DNA from: Octopus vulgaris
Lineage: Eukaryota
DNA length: 64,000 bases
Assembly: GCA_951406725.2 (NCBI GenBank)
Contig: OX597842.1
Location: 29,202,001-29,266,000 of the forward strand
Direction of reading: 5' to 3'
This document shows positions 1-14,910 of this stretch, in pieces. The translations under genes and the position numbers were made by a program. The notes beneath the pieces are model-generated. The model worked only from the letters and a program-made list of their open reading frames with translations, made no database searches and was not told the DNA's origin. Within the stretch, counting starts at the first letter, position 1. Each line of letters starts with the position of its first letter.

Positions 1-405
1 AAATTTATAGAAATTTATTACAGTTATTTTATACTCACCAACAGACTCTACTTTTTCTTTACACTTTGAACATTCTGAAATAAGAATTGGAAATATAAGA
101 ATGGAACCTGTTCTCAGTCATTCACACAAATAATATATCTCAGGTGAAGGTAAAATTTATAGAAATTTATTACAGTTATTTTATACTCACCAACAGACTC
201 TACTTTTTCTTTACACTTTGAACATTCTGAAATAAGAATTGGAAATTAATAATGGAACCTGTTCTCAGACATTCACACAAATAATATATTTCAGGTGAAG
301 GTAAAATTTATAGAAATCAATTACAGTTATTTTATACTCACCAACAGATTCTCTGCAACCGTCTGGACTGCTTTTTCTTCAGGCTTTGGACACACTGAAA
401 TAAGC
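1..405 (-). repeat. Copy A tandem micro-exon array (151-152 bp period): micro-exons 342-394 (53 nt), 191-226 and 39-74 (36 nt, [12 protein letters not shown])
   Basis: Each unit has TTTCAG acceptor and GTGAGT donor; homologous to 48160-49140; array runs off the window start. Confidence 0.8.
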
Positions 406-3400
406 ATTTCAAAGTTTTATACTTCATAGTAAAATTTGTTTGTGTCTTTTAATAATCTATATTCCATTATTGTAAGGCATTCATATCATCAATAGTCAAT
501 TGGTGACCACTATGCTTTCGGTCAACACTTTCTAAGCTGTTACTACATAATAGTTCAATATTTAGAACCACAACAAAATAGGCAAACCTTTCGAAATCTC
601 ATCTTTCTCTTAAGACATCCTATATACTAATCTAACAATTCTGAAATTCTCTCACTTAGTTATCACTTCATAACACTCTTTTTCTCTTAGTTTTGTCGTT
701 TCTTTCTTATGTCTTTGCTGGACAAGTTTAACGCAAAATTTCACATTGGTTATTTGTTCCTGCTCATTAGAAAATTGCAGACTACAGCCTACAAATGACC
801 ACAAAAGCACAAATTTCACAACTTTTGAAGTAAACGCAGTGGTGTCACCCAGCACACTGCCTCATGAAAGTCACTGCTAGCTCTCACTGTGCGCGCAACG
901 GTGTGCTGCCATCTGTTGGCATGCTACAGAACTAGTCCGTGAATTTTCTGATACCACCTTGGAGCAATGACCAGGCTTCATGTTCGAATTAAAATGAATC
1001 AACTCAAAAGTAAAACCAAAAGGTGAAAGAGTCAGAAAACAATGTCTCTTTTAGCAGTAATCACATCTAAAAGCTAACGAGTGTGAGTATAAAATGTCTA
1101 AAAGGATGGCAAACCTTATAACAAGTGTCAATCATATATAGTTACGAACAAGGAGTTGCATGTTCAAATCTCACTGGAACGCATATTTTATTCCTATCTG
1201 TATATTTTATGTTAATACCAATACTTTGTTTAAATGTAAACATGCTCAGAGTTCAATACTCAATTTAACGAAAGTTATTTGAATATCAATATTTTTAAAC
1301 AGATTTAATATTATATTGCTTTCAATTTATATCTAAAATATATATTCTAACCAGAGACATTCTGGGTATATAACCCCCCACCCCCCAAGAAACACCATGT
1401 CTACACAGGTGGAACAGAAAATGGCAACAGGTGTCCTCAAACACTCTACACTTGCATAAAAACCTCATTAACTACATATAACTGTTCATCCATATAATTT
1501 GCAGTGCAAATACCTGAAAAGGCACAAAAAAACTGCTTCTCAAGAATCTAGGATATTTCTCACAACCTTCTTCTAGATATCAATCAAAGTTTCCTCACTC
1601 GTTTAATGACCCCTCTCTGAATCTGTCACATTGCAATGGGGTGAAAACCCAGCTACAAACAAATTTGAGGACACAAAATTTATACCTCTGTACAAGGGTT
1701 TGACAGACACAAACTGTCTTTCCGATGTTGTACTTAATAGAAAAATAACATTACAAGGAATATGTAACACTACTCACTCCCCATTCCACCACAAATGATA
1801 ATTGAGATCAACTAATTGAAAATGCCTCTACAATGTTTTATAAATTACATCTAATTAGTGTTGGTGAAAATGGTTGGGTCAATTTTCTGCCACTCATTGT
1901 GTGATACTAATGTTATTTCATATTTTTTCATTGAATATCTCATCAATAACTTATCAGCTGTTAATATTTGTTGAAAATGTCTCAAAAGAAATCGATTCTT
2001 AAAGCTCAAAGGTCTCAAATCACTGCATTATCAAGTGAAGGATTCTCTCAATTTGAAATTGCAAGAAAACTGAAATGCTTGAGAAAAGATTTCCATCAAA
2101 AGGTACAATGCGATAAATTATTTCAAAAATTGTAAAGGACAAGGTCGCAGAACGTGTACAACCACGAGGGAAGACAGGTTGCTGAAGAGGACATCACTGG
2201 CGGATGGGAAAAAACACCTCTTTTGACGAAGCTGCTGAGTTTTGGGTGGCAACAAAAAAAGATATATCAACTTCAGTGAGAAGAAGAAGAAGGTTATTAG
2301 AAGTTGAGTTCAAAGGATGTAAGGCCAAAAAGAAGCTGTTACTGTCTGAGGGGAACATGACGAAGCAATTGTGTTGGGCAAAAGAGCATGAAGATTGGAC
2401 TGCTGATGATTGGGCTAAAATTGTTTGGTCCGATGAAAGTAACTTTGATATATGTTCTCCACATTCAATTCCACCACTTTACTAGGCATAATTGAAGTTC
2501 TTACACTTGTACAAATTTTTTTATTTGTTACCAGAAATGATCAGTAATTTTTTGTTTATCTTCAGATCTTTGGAAACTCAGGAGCTGTTTATGTTCACTG
2601 TAAAGTAGGGGAGGTTTATCATCCTGGATGTGTGGTCCCAACAGTCAAATTTGGATTGGGAAGTGCAATTGTTTGGGGTTGCATGTTGTCTTAAGGCCCT
2701 GGAATGTTGTTCACTTGTAAGGGCAGAATGAATGCCCACACTTACACCAACATGTTAGATCAAGTTTATCAACCTTCTTTAGCTAAAATCTTCAATGATA
2801 ACACCCCAGATGGCAAAATCATTCAACAAAATATTTCTGCATGCCACACATCCAGAGTCTCAATGGGTTGGTGAGGAGAAAGGGATGAGGGTGATGAAAT
2901 GGCCTCCTTAGTCTCCAGACCTCAATCCCATTGAATATGTGGTGACACTTAGGTGCAAAAATGCTCTTGAAAAAGCGAATTAGAAACCAAAATTCATGGA
3001 GAGTGGCAGAAAACTGACCCAGCCACTTGTGCCAACTTAGTCTCAAGTATGCAAAAATGCCTAAAAGCACTTATAAAAGCAAAAGGAGGACACATCAAAT
3101 ACTAATTATTGATGGGATCAACTCTAGAATGTTCATCAGACTGTTTTCAATTATTAAGTAAATGAGTTTCAATCATATTCCCTATTTTATCATAGCTGCT
3201 CTATAATTTTGGCCAAGGTTGTATATATTTATCAACAAGGATTTGTGTGTTTGAGTCACACTGGGAACTCATCTTTTATTTCTATCTCTGTATCGTATGC
3301 TAGCATCAATACTTTGTTTAAATATAAATACATGTTCACAGTTCAATACTAATTTAGTACTGAATGAAAGAAATTTATTGTTCAATATTCTTATACTGAG

Positions 3401-6387
3401 AGATTCTGTGTATACACCCCAACAAAAGATAACTCCTATCAAACATTAGACTGCTGTAATTGTTTGATATCTTCATAATATGATAAATCATGATGAATTT
3501 GTGCAGTTCAACTTTGTAAAATACGTTGAAACTACCCCTGACATCATTTCCCAATTACAACATTTTTTATACACACCCAGGCTGATTGACTTAACTGTCA
3601 AACTCTGTAAACTTGGTCCTTAAACTCTCAGTTGAGATTTTATCCTTGAATCTCCCACTTTACCAAAGCTGACTCTGATGTTCTTGTAAGTAACATTCTC
3701 TTTAATTATCAGCTCTCCATGATACTGATAAATCATTAATCACCTCCAATTGCTCACAATTGAAAGTAAAAGGTTTACAAATAGAACATTGGGGATTTGG
3801 TGATATTTCAGTTAGTTACCATTTATCTTATATTATCATTCGTTAGTCTTATGTTGCAAAGCACAGTCCTTTTGAAGTGTGATCAATCTTCTAATTGGAT
3901 AAAGACAACGTTTAATGGATGTAGTGATAGATATACTATCACAAAGAAAGGACCCCATTTATGCCAGGTAAGGGCAGATCTGGGTCTCCACTACAATATG
4001 AAGTGCATTATTCCATACAAGAAAGTTAATGAGACAACAGACAGATCAAGAAAGAATGTTCTTACCAAATCCACTTTTGCTGCATATGTGTTGTCGACAG
4101 ATGGGGCATTGCTTAAATGTCATTTGAGAACAGCAATTCTGACAACAAATAGTATGTCGACATGGATGGAGTGTGACAGTAGCCTTTTTCTCTTGACACC
4201 ACCAACACCTGTGGAACAAAATATTAACACATCCCATCATTAACATTCATTTATAATAAAATATTTCGTTGTGGACATGTTTAGAGTACAGAATATTAAG
4301 GGTCACAACAGTAACCAGCAAGAGTAAATCATAAATTCTTCTGTAAACAATTACATACAAGCAGGTTTGTGTGTGTACAAGTGTCACATTAACATACACA
4401 TACAAGGGTGGGCTGAAAATATCAAAGGCTGACTAAGGTGCAGCCTTCCAACATGCCATCCCAGTCAAACAGTCCAATCCATGCCAGCATGGACAACAGA
4501 CGTTAAATGATGATGATGATGATGATGATGACATACGCATTGTTAGTGTGTGTTTTAGTTTATTTTCACATGAAAGCGTACATGACAACTGATTGAGTCA
4601 GAGAAGAGAGAGAGAAAAAAATTGTTGGTAGACAGATAAATCCTATTTACTTCTAAATAGCAATTTCAAAATGTGTTCGTTCACTTAATTATTTAGTACT
4701 ACATTTTCATGGAGGTCACCGAACTCTAAAATAGTCAGGGATGGATGGTGAGGTATATCTGTCAACACAAGCAATCATGTGAATGTCATCAAAATAGTGT
4801 TTTTCGTTTGATCCACTAACAACTGTATTTTCTGTTTATTGTTCTTATTATTGTTGTGTGGTCTTAAGGCTGCAAGCTGGCAGAATCATTAGCACACGGA
4901 GCAAAATGCTTTCTGGCATTTCGTCTGCCTTTACATGCTGAGTTCAAATTCAGCTGCGGTTGACTTTACCTTGCTGTTGATAAAATAAGTACCAGTTGAA
5001 AACTGGGGATGTTGTAATTGACTTATCCCCTCCCTGACCTTGCTGGCCTTGTGCCAGAATTGGAAATCATTATTGTTGTCTTGAGTCAAGACACTAATGA
5101 CGGAATAATACATTGGGAGAATTCAAACTAAATAAACATATAAACATGATTATATACAAAAGAGAAAATGTCCTGGTTTATCTTGTCGTTGCCAGTGAAT
5201 ACTTACAGTGATTGTAAAAATGTTTTTAATTTTTCTTTCAAATGTTGATTTTCTATGCAGTCCAATGGGGTCACTTTCTTATTATTACGATGGTATAAGC
5301 TGGCTCCATGGCTGGCAAGGTAACCCCCAACTACTATTCCAGAGAGCCTCCTATCCCCTTCCAGTTGGAGCTCTTCGCAGCACTGCAAATGATGAAATAT
5401 AAAACGATGAGTAGAATATTACACAAATATATATTGTAGATAAACAAATCATGTCAAATGTAGGAAATATAATAGAACAAGTATCACAAATAACAGAACA
5501 CAACAAACCAACAAGAACCTATCTTTACAACAGGCTTGATAAAGCCAACTGGCCAGAACAAAAGAAATACTTATAGAAGAGTATTGTATATATAAATATA
5601 ACACAACAACATAACAACAATGGCAAGCTACATTTTGTTACACAAAGGCCATTTTAATTACCATGGGGGTCGTGTGATGGTCTATGGTCACTCAAGATTT
5701 TCTGTAATTCCTTGTGGAGATTTTAACTGGTCGCAACAAGAAATATTTTTTTAACTACATATATACTCCTACTTGAATTTGTTTACCATCTGCAAAACTG
5801 CCATCAAAACTCAGATTTTTGACATCTTCAGATCTGCATCTATGAAAGCAGTCACCCATATTTTCCTAATGGTAATTTCGATAATCCAAATATTGATTGG
5901 GAAACCTTTCACTGGTCACAAAGTGCAACTCATTTCCATAACAAACAATGAACAGAGAACACCAAGAATATAATAATTTCTTCAGACACAGCAACAAAAC
6001 CAACACCAGACAGACATATCCAAGCCTTTCAATAATGTTTCCAAAATTTATAAAGAAACATTTTTGGCTGATGAAGTGAAGTAAAGATTTGTGTGGTGGT
6101 TGAGGCAACACACCAACACGTTATAGTCAAGAAATTGTTGAAACTGTTAGTCTGATAGACAATTCCTATAATAATGGGTCGTTGACTGCTAGAGTAGCTT
6201 CTTCTCACCAAAGTAGACATTACAACAATACACAGGTGACCATCAACTGTCTGAAATAGTCACACATCTGTAGTGACCGTTACATATTTGGGAATCAAAG
6301 TGTTGCTTAAATTCTGCAACAACAGATAATAAACACCATCAAATCTACCAGTGGATAGATGCTGATGTCTTTCAAACAAACAAACAA

Positions 6388-6425
<38 letters not shown>

Positions 6426-9400
6426 GCACCTAGAAGTAGTTGATAGCTACTGTTATCTAGGTAATCAAGTCAGTAGTGGAGGTGGATGCGCCAAGAGCAT
6501 AGCTACTAGAATAAGATTAAGCAGGGCAAAGTTCAGAGAGCTTCTATCTTTGTTGGTAACAAAGGGCCTCTATGACTATCTGTCTAATTACATCGTCATT
6601 CATACAATCTCGTGACATCACACTTTTGTGCGCACATCTTAATGTAAATTCATTCTCATCACATCTCCCTTCTTTACAATCATTACAAGGGGTATTACTG
6701 TAGTCAATATACACACAAAGACCAAGCCCTGGCAATATTTGGAACCCTAATTATCAACTTTGAATATACTCAGTTATATATTCATTATCATACTGATAAA
6801 AGAAACTTTCTTCGAAGTCCATTCTCTTTTTCTCTTTTCTCTTTTCTCTTTTACTTGTTTCAGTCATTTGACTGCGGCCATGCTGGAGCACCGCCTTTAA
6901 TCGAGCAACTCGACCCCGAGACTTATTCTTTGTAAGCCCAGTACTTATTCTATCGGTCTCTTTTTTGCCGAACCGCTAAGTGACGGGGACGTAAACACAC
7001 CAGCATCGGTTGTCAAGCAATGCTAGGGGAACAAACACAGACACACAAACAAACACATATATATATATACATATATACGACAGGCTTCTTTCAGTTTCCG
7101 TCTACCAAATCCACTCACAAGGCATTGGTCGGCCCGGGGCTATAGCAGAAGACACTTGCCCAAGATGCCACGCAGTGGGACTGAACCCGGAACCATGTGG
7201 TTGGTTAGCAAGCTACTTACCACACAGCCACTCCTGCGCCTATATATTTTCTTTAAATTTAATTGTCCATGAACGAATTTATTTTCCTTTTCCTTTCTTT
7301 GAAAAAGAATAATGAAATATGCTTTCTCGCAATTAACACAGTTCAACTCGTTTAACTTGAAATTCGATATTTAAAACAGTTTGTGAATTTCTCTTTCTTA
7401 AATTTAAAGACTTATCTCTGTCGTTGGTCACCTCTCCTTCATACAGTGATGGCAGTGTTTACATGACACATATTTAAGACAGGTTACCTTCTTTACAGTG
7501 GAGTGGCCATGCTTTTGAAGGTGAAAGGAGATGGAATATTGTTAGTTACATAATACAACTAGTGCTATCAGGAGAAACTGGATTATTTAATACTAAAGGA
7601 AGAGAAGTGGATGGGAGTGAAAGAAAATAGCAAACAATGTCTGCCTGTTTCTCTCTCTTTCTCTCACTCACACATACACACATCCTCCTCATCATCATTT
7701 TACATTCGTTTTCGACGCTGGCATAGGTCGGATGGTTTGGGAGGAGTTGGTCAGCCACAGAGCTGCTCAGGCACCAATTGCCAGTTTTGGCATGGTTTCT
7801 ACGGTTACATGCCCTTCCTAATGCCAACCACACACACACATTCACAAACAATTTTAAAAACTTACCTCATCTAAAATGGGAATATGTTCCTTTTCAGAAT
7901 GAAATTCCTGTTTCTCTGCTGCAATATGCAAACAATTATTGCCATCCTTGTCGACGGCATTTATGTTTGCACCGCACGTGGTAAGTTTGTGGACTATTCC
8001 GATGTGGGCTGCATACACGGCTTCCAGTAAGGGTGTTCTTTTATCATTATTCTCAATATCCAGTTTCACTGAATCCTTTGTGGAAGTAAAAATAGAAATT
8101 GAAAATGTACATGAAAATTAGGGTGGATGTGACATTGCTGTCTTCTACTGGGTACTTGATCAACCTGATCATGTACATTTGATGTTTGTTAGTGTAGTCA
8201 ACCTTCTGTAAAGTCCCTCTATAACACGCTATGGATATTTGTTAGGGACATGATAAATCTATTAAGATGTCATAAACAGATTGTTTCAGCCTCATCTTCA
8301 TTTATCCCTCACTATATAGTATGTTTTAGGGGACTAGAACAAGAGTGAAAATATAATTAGCAGATCAAGTCTAGTAAAGACGAATTATATACTTAGTGTA
8401 AGCCTTTCATGTTGCTATGTTAATAAGGGATCCATAAAACGGGGGAGTTGGTTAGTGTCCACATCCCTACATCACTGTACATACAGATGCATAAATATAT
8501 TAACGTTATGGATGTAACATGCACACACACACACACACACACACACATTCATATAACAATCAAAATTGCCACTGAAAATATATATATATATATATAATAT
8601 ATAAATATATGCATATTTACATAAATATATGTACATACCTACATATATATATATGTATATATATATATATACATGCATATATGGGTACAAGACATAAAAA
8701 AAACGAACACAATGAGAAACGAAAACATAGAAATGAACTTTTCTTCGAACAACTAAAAAAAACAAACAGATCTCTTGGATCCACTTTAGACAGCCTCTCC
8801 TTCTCTCACGCGTTCTCTACATTTAGGAGCCTTTCATAGTGGCACTTCCAAGCCTATTTCTTTGCAGAGTCAGTAACTGCAACGGAGCCATCATCCATGT
8901 GAACACACTTCTCTCCCACAACATCACAATTTTCCTTGGTAAGCCAAAACACTTCAAATCTCTGCTCCTCACATTGCAAGACATTGGCAAACTTCTTCCT
9001 TTCTGCTTCACTCATGGCTGAGTATACCTGCTTCCTAGCTTCCTTTCTAACTGCCTGATACAACTCCCAGCTGCCACCACCCTTCCCATCCTTGTCCCTG
9101 TCAATTACCCTTTTCCACCACCACATCACCCTATGCCTGGCTGGGACATTGCACCAGCCACAAATTTGGTCTGAAACTCTCAGCAAGTTGTCCCATTGGA
9201 ACTTCCACTTATCCTCAATGCTGCAAGTCTGAAATTCCTCCTCCTTCCCATTATATGCTTCATTTAGGACATCACTAAATTTCTGACTAATTGAAGGTTC
9301 CTTCAGCTTCCATACTCTTCTTTTCCAAACTGGCTTGCTTCTTGGAATCCTTCAAGCCAGTAGCTTGAACTCCCTAATGAGTAACCTATGCTGTGGGCTA

Positions 9401-11472
9401 CATTCTTCTCTATTGAAGGCCTTTGCATTTATGAGCAGCCATGAATCCTGCTTTTGGGTGAGAATGTAGTCAGTTTGGTGAGCATGTACCTTGGATTTAT
9501 AGGTTATCAAGTGGCTGGCCAGCTTTCTGAAGCAAGTGTTGCGATTATTTGGTCATTTGCACCACAGAACTCCAGTAGCCTTGCACTCCCCTCATTTCAG
9601 GAACCAAATCTGCGTCCCCCATGGAAGATACCTCGGTGCTGCCCAACATATCCATTGAAATCACTGGCCACGAAGATAAGGTCACAGTCATTTATCTTTG
9701 AAGTGGCCAGCAGAAGAGTGTCATAGAAGTAGCCCTTCAGTTGATTTGGCAGACCCAGTTGTCTGTGTGTGTGTGGGGAGGAGCGCATAGGACGAGATGA
9801 TTGTTGCTGTGCCTACATTGACTGCAGCTATCAGCATCTGAAAAGGTTGTTTATGGACACCTGTAAATAGGAGTTGATCAGGTATTGTCACCACCAGCAG
9901 TGGAGGGTGCCGCATCCTGGCATTTATGCAATGCAATGTTAATACAAATACAGGTAAATAAGTTAGGTAGACAAATACAGTAAGGGTAGTTAATCCGTTG
10001 AATTAGGTAGGGAGAGGAGAAGGGAAGTTGATTCATCATGTATTGATGGTAATGGATTAACGAAGCAATAGGGACTGAGTGCAGCGTACCCTCATTTAGC
10101 TTTGTTGCTGGGGACAAGGACTTTTAACTTTTCTCTGTTGCATAATCTCAGCATGCAATGTGTCTGGTACGAATAACTCTGTGTGTACATAAACATATAC
10201 ATACATATATATATATAAATATATATTGACCGTCCAACCCATGCTAGCATGGAAAATGGACGTTAAACGATGATGATGATGATGATGATATATATATATA
10301 TATACACACATACATAGACATTTATACATATGTACAGAGGGGAAAAAGTAGCCAAAAGAAGCCAAATAAATTATTGGACACAAGATAAAATGCCGACACC
10401 AACAATGTACATATATAACATATCACACACACATACAACATGACAGAGCGATATTAAAAGATGATGATGATGATGATGATAGTATATATATATAATCTGA
10501 TATATATGGGTTGAATTCATAATGACCTTGTTTTGTCTGACCATTGAAGATAGTACTGTCAGCAGTGGTGGTCAGTTGGACTGTCAACACCACTACTACT
10601 GTCATCATTGTTATCACCAATATAATTATTCTTCACAGACCCAAGACCTGCCGTTTAAAGGCTGCTGCAGTGAAGTTGATTAAACCCACCCAGCAGAATT
10701 TCACTGGTATTTTGATGATATTAATATTGAATATTAAAGACAAGATATAATTATGTATTTGTTAACTAACCTGGGCCAGCATTGAAGCCACCACATCATG
10801 TTGTTGCCTGAAAGTTATAGAAAGAGGAAAGGAAAAAAATAATTATAATCAGATTAATTAAAACAAATGTAATTGGGTCATTACAACCTAATTACATCAA
10901 TAATTACTTACACACATATACATATTATACATGTGTGTATGTATGTATATGTATATATATATATGTATATACACACATACATACATATATATACACACAT
11001 ACATACATATATATACACACATACATATATATATATACACACATACATACATATATATATATACACACATACATATATATATATACACACATACATACAT
11101 ATATATATATATACACATACATACATATATATATATACACACATACATACATATATATATATACACACATACATACATATATATACACACATACATACAT
11201 ATATATATATACACACACACATACATACATATATATATATACACACATACATACATATATATATATACACACATACATACATACATATATATATATACAC
11301 ACATACATACATACATATATATACACACATACATACATACATATATATATATATACACACATACATACATACATATATATATACACACATACATACATAC
11401 ATATATATATATACACACATACATACATACATATATATATACACACATACATACATATATATATATATACAC

Positions 11473-11517
<45 letters not shown>

Positions 11518-14500
11518 CATACATACATATATATATATATACACACACATACATACACAAATACATACATACATATATATATATACAAAATAAGAAAATG
11601 GAGAAATACACCTTAATCAATAATCAACTACCAGATAATACCCAATCACATAATTTATTAACCAACTACATATGAACATCAAGGTCAAACATAATAGTAC
11701 AGAACAAAACAATGCACATCAATGAGTAATATGATACAATAAGTAAAGGAACCGAAACATGTAAAATTCATAAGAAAATTAAAATTTATCGAATATAGTA
11801 GCGTTTTCAAACCTCTTTTTTACAAATATATATACATATATAAACAAATACATATACCCGAAAACAACCACGCACACATATATGTATATATATACATACA
11901 CATACATACTGTTAACTAAAATAGTATTAAGAATCATTAAAATTAAGATAATATTAATTGTTAATACAACGAAAGGGGTTGGAAGGGTAATTCGTAATAT
12001 ACAAAAAAGAGGGGCCTAAAAGGGTAGAAAAAGGTAAGGGTTAATAAAAGGCAAAGGTTGGAAAATATTGAGATAAAATTTCTAAGAAGGGTATAAACTC
12101 AAAACCCAGATTTACCATAACCAGTGTAAAGAAGATGTAGGTTATTTGCATAAGATACATAATTAAAAATTACACCACATATTCCGTAAACAATCAGAAG
12201 ACTAGGAAACCGTCCAGATATCAACACTTGTAAATTTTATCTGAATATTTTCCAACAGTAATCAGACACAAGAACAGGAGTAAAGAGGGAGGACAATTTA
12301 TTAAATGAACCCCTGGATATTACTGGTACAGATTTTGAGCCCAGCAGTTGAACTTGGAACACAAACGGATCAAAGTAAGGGGATGATTCTGCATTTAGCC
12401 CAGGGCCAGAGGAAAGAGGAAAATTTCAAGAGAAGGGGGGGGGGGGGGTGAGGTGTTTTACATGGAATGAAAGGAAGAAGGGAGAGGATTTGAACCTGTA
12501 ACGTTGAGGTAACGAAGGATGAGATGAAGTAAAGAATCCAGTCAGGTAACAACAACAACAACAACAATAATTATGATGATTAATTAATGAAGTTAGATTA
12601 CAGTGTCATTAGAGTGTGAGAGAGAGAGAGAGAGAGAGAGGGGTGAAGCATGACGACCCATGGTGGGATTATGACATGAATGACTCGAAACAAGAAAACA
12701 AAGATTAAAGAAACAGATTTGGATAATCCAAATCCATTGGGGACTTACTTTTGAACTGCCAGATGGAGAGGGGTGTCACCGTCTTTGTTCACCTTATTGG
12801 CATCGATGCCATTCTGTTGCAGGAGAAGTTCAACAACTTCTGTGCGTCCATGAGCAGAGGCAATATGAAGAGGGGTGTGACCACGATTGGTCACAGCACA
12901 GATGTCAGAGCCATTCTGTTGCAGGAGAAGTTCAACAATGTCCGTATGTCCCCCCTGACAGGCAATATGGAGAGCTGTCCAACCATTTTCCGCCACAGCA
13001 TTAACATCGATGCCATTGTGTTGCAGGAGAAGTTCAACAATGTTTATTTGTCCATAGTAACAGACAAGATGGAGAGCTGTTGCACCCAAAATATTTCCCT
13101 GATTAACCTAAAAAAGATAAACAATAAAGACATTAAAGATGGTGTTTATTGGGGGAAGAAGGAAAAAAATGAAAAATGTCAGAGAAACAGAATCAGATTA
13201 ATTTAAACAGGTGGAATGAAGGTGGGGGGAAAATAAATGAGATTTATAATGTATCTATACACACACACATATGTGTATGCATATATATATATATATACAC
13301 TCTCGCACATACATATATACATAAATACCTATATATACATACGTGTTTTATATCTTCACGGATCATTTGTTTATGCATTTTTGTGTATATATGCGTTTAT
13401 GTGTGTGTATATTTGTGTATGTATGTACAGGTCTGTGTGAGCTGAAGAAAAGTTTTTAATTAAAAAAATATAAATATAAACTGTTTCATATACATATAAC
13501 ACAAACCAACATACATATCATTATACACACACACACATATATATATATATATTCGCTGACCTGTAAATTGTTATTTTCTTTGCTATTTAACAGGACTTTG
13601 ACTACATCTTCATAGTTCTTCCTCACAGCCAGATGTAGAGGTGTGTCGCCCCATGAGTTCTGCTTATTAACATTTGCTCCACTGGAGACTAAGAAGGCCA
13701 CAACATCAGTTTTGTGGCTGAAAGGAAGAAAAACAAACATAAAACATCACATTCACTTAATAATTACATTAAATATACACTCGTGTTCCATTAAATGCAT
13801 AAAAACCTATGTATACTACAGCCTCGTGTGTGTATATATATAAATATATATGCAAATATGTATGTATGTAGAGGCAAACCTACACAAATGTGCCCCATAC
13901 GAATGTTTCCTCGTAACTTCTAGAAAAATGGATGTTTTTCAATGAAATTTCTTTCACAAATATCCTTCAGATGGCAAATATTCCAATTATATCGGAATTT
14001 GTTGTGAGAAAAAACTTTTCGGTGGGTGGAGAGAGAAATTTAGGAAAGTTCACCCGAGTCGGCTTTCTTTCCAAAAAAATAGATATTTTCAAATGAAATT
14101 TTCAATAAAACCGTTTCAAATGGTGAAGATTTCGATTATATCGGAATTTAATATGAAGAAAATTATAAAAATTGGTGGATTCGCACAGATATACACTGAC
14201 ACAAAACAGAAAATAAAAAGATGAACTTTGGGAAAATAACCGTGATGTGTGTCAGTATGTATGTGTGCGAAACCATCAAATTTTTAAAGTTTTTTCATGT
14301 TAAATTCCGATATAATCCTAATCTACACCATTTGAAAGGGATTTGTAGAAATTTTCACAGAAACAAAATATCCACTTTTCTGAAAGTTATAGAAAAACAA
14401 AACGGATTTGGGTGAATTTTGAGAAAGTCAACTCCTCAACGTTTGAAAATTTGTTTTTACAACAATTTCCGATATAATTGGAATCTTCATCATCTGAAGC

Positions 14501-14815
14501 ATTTTTGTCAAAGAAATTTCATTAAAAAATATCAATTTGTCTAAAAGTTATAAGGAAACAAATTCGTCGTGGGGCCCAGTTGTGTAGGTATGCCTATACA
14601 TATGGACGCATATATATATTTATATATATAAGCCTGTCTCGCGTTTTCGGCCTTTCCTGTTTCATTAAGGTTTTTTTCTATTTCGAACCTCGTCCTGCCA
14701 TAGAGATTTCTCCCTCGTGGGGTCTCCTTCTTCTCTCTCTCTCTTTCCCCCTCTTCTATCTAACACGCCAACATATATATATACACACATACATACATTA
14801 TATATATATATACAC

Positions 14816-14864
<49 letters not shown>

Positions 14865-14875
14865 TACATACACAA

Positions 14876-14910
<35 letters not shown>

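Noticed and set aside
5600-6380. ORFs conserved between copies A and B (5773-6220 vs 51606-52311)
   Set aside because: Similarity reflects the recent gene duplication; indels shift frames, no domain motif, and exons 6 and 7 already join in phase without them.
10873-11675. Long ORFs of Y/I/H/T or M/Y/V/C (also 31819-32399, 33187-34032, 38896-39365, 55092-56312)
   Set aside because: Translations of TA/CA/TACA microsatellites, open in several frames on both strands; not genes.
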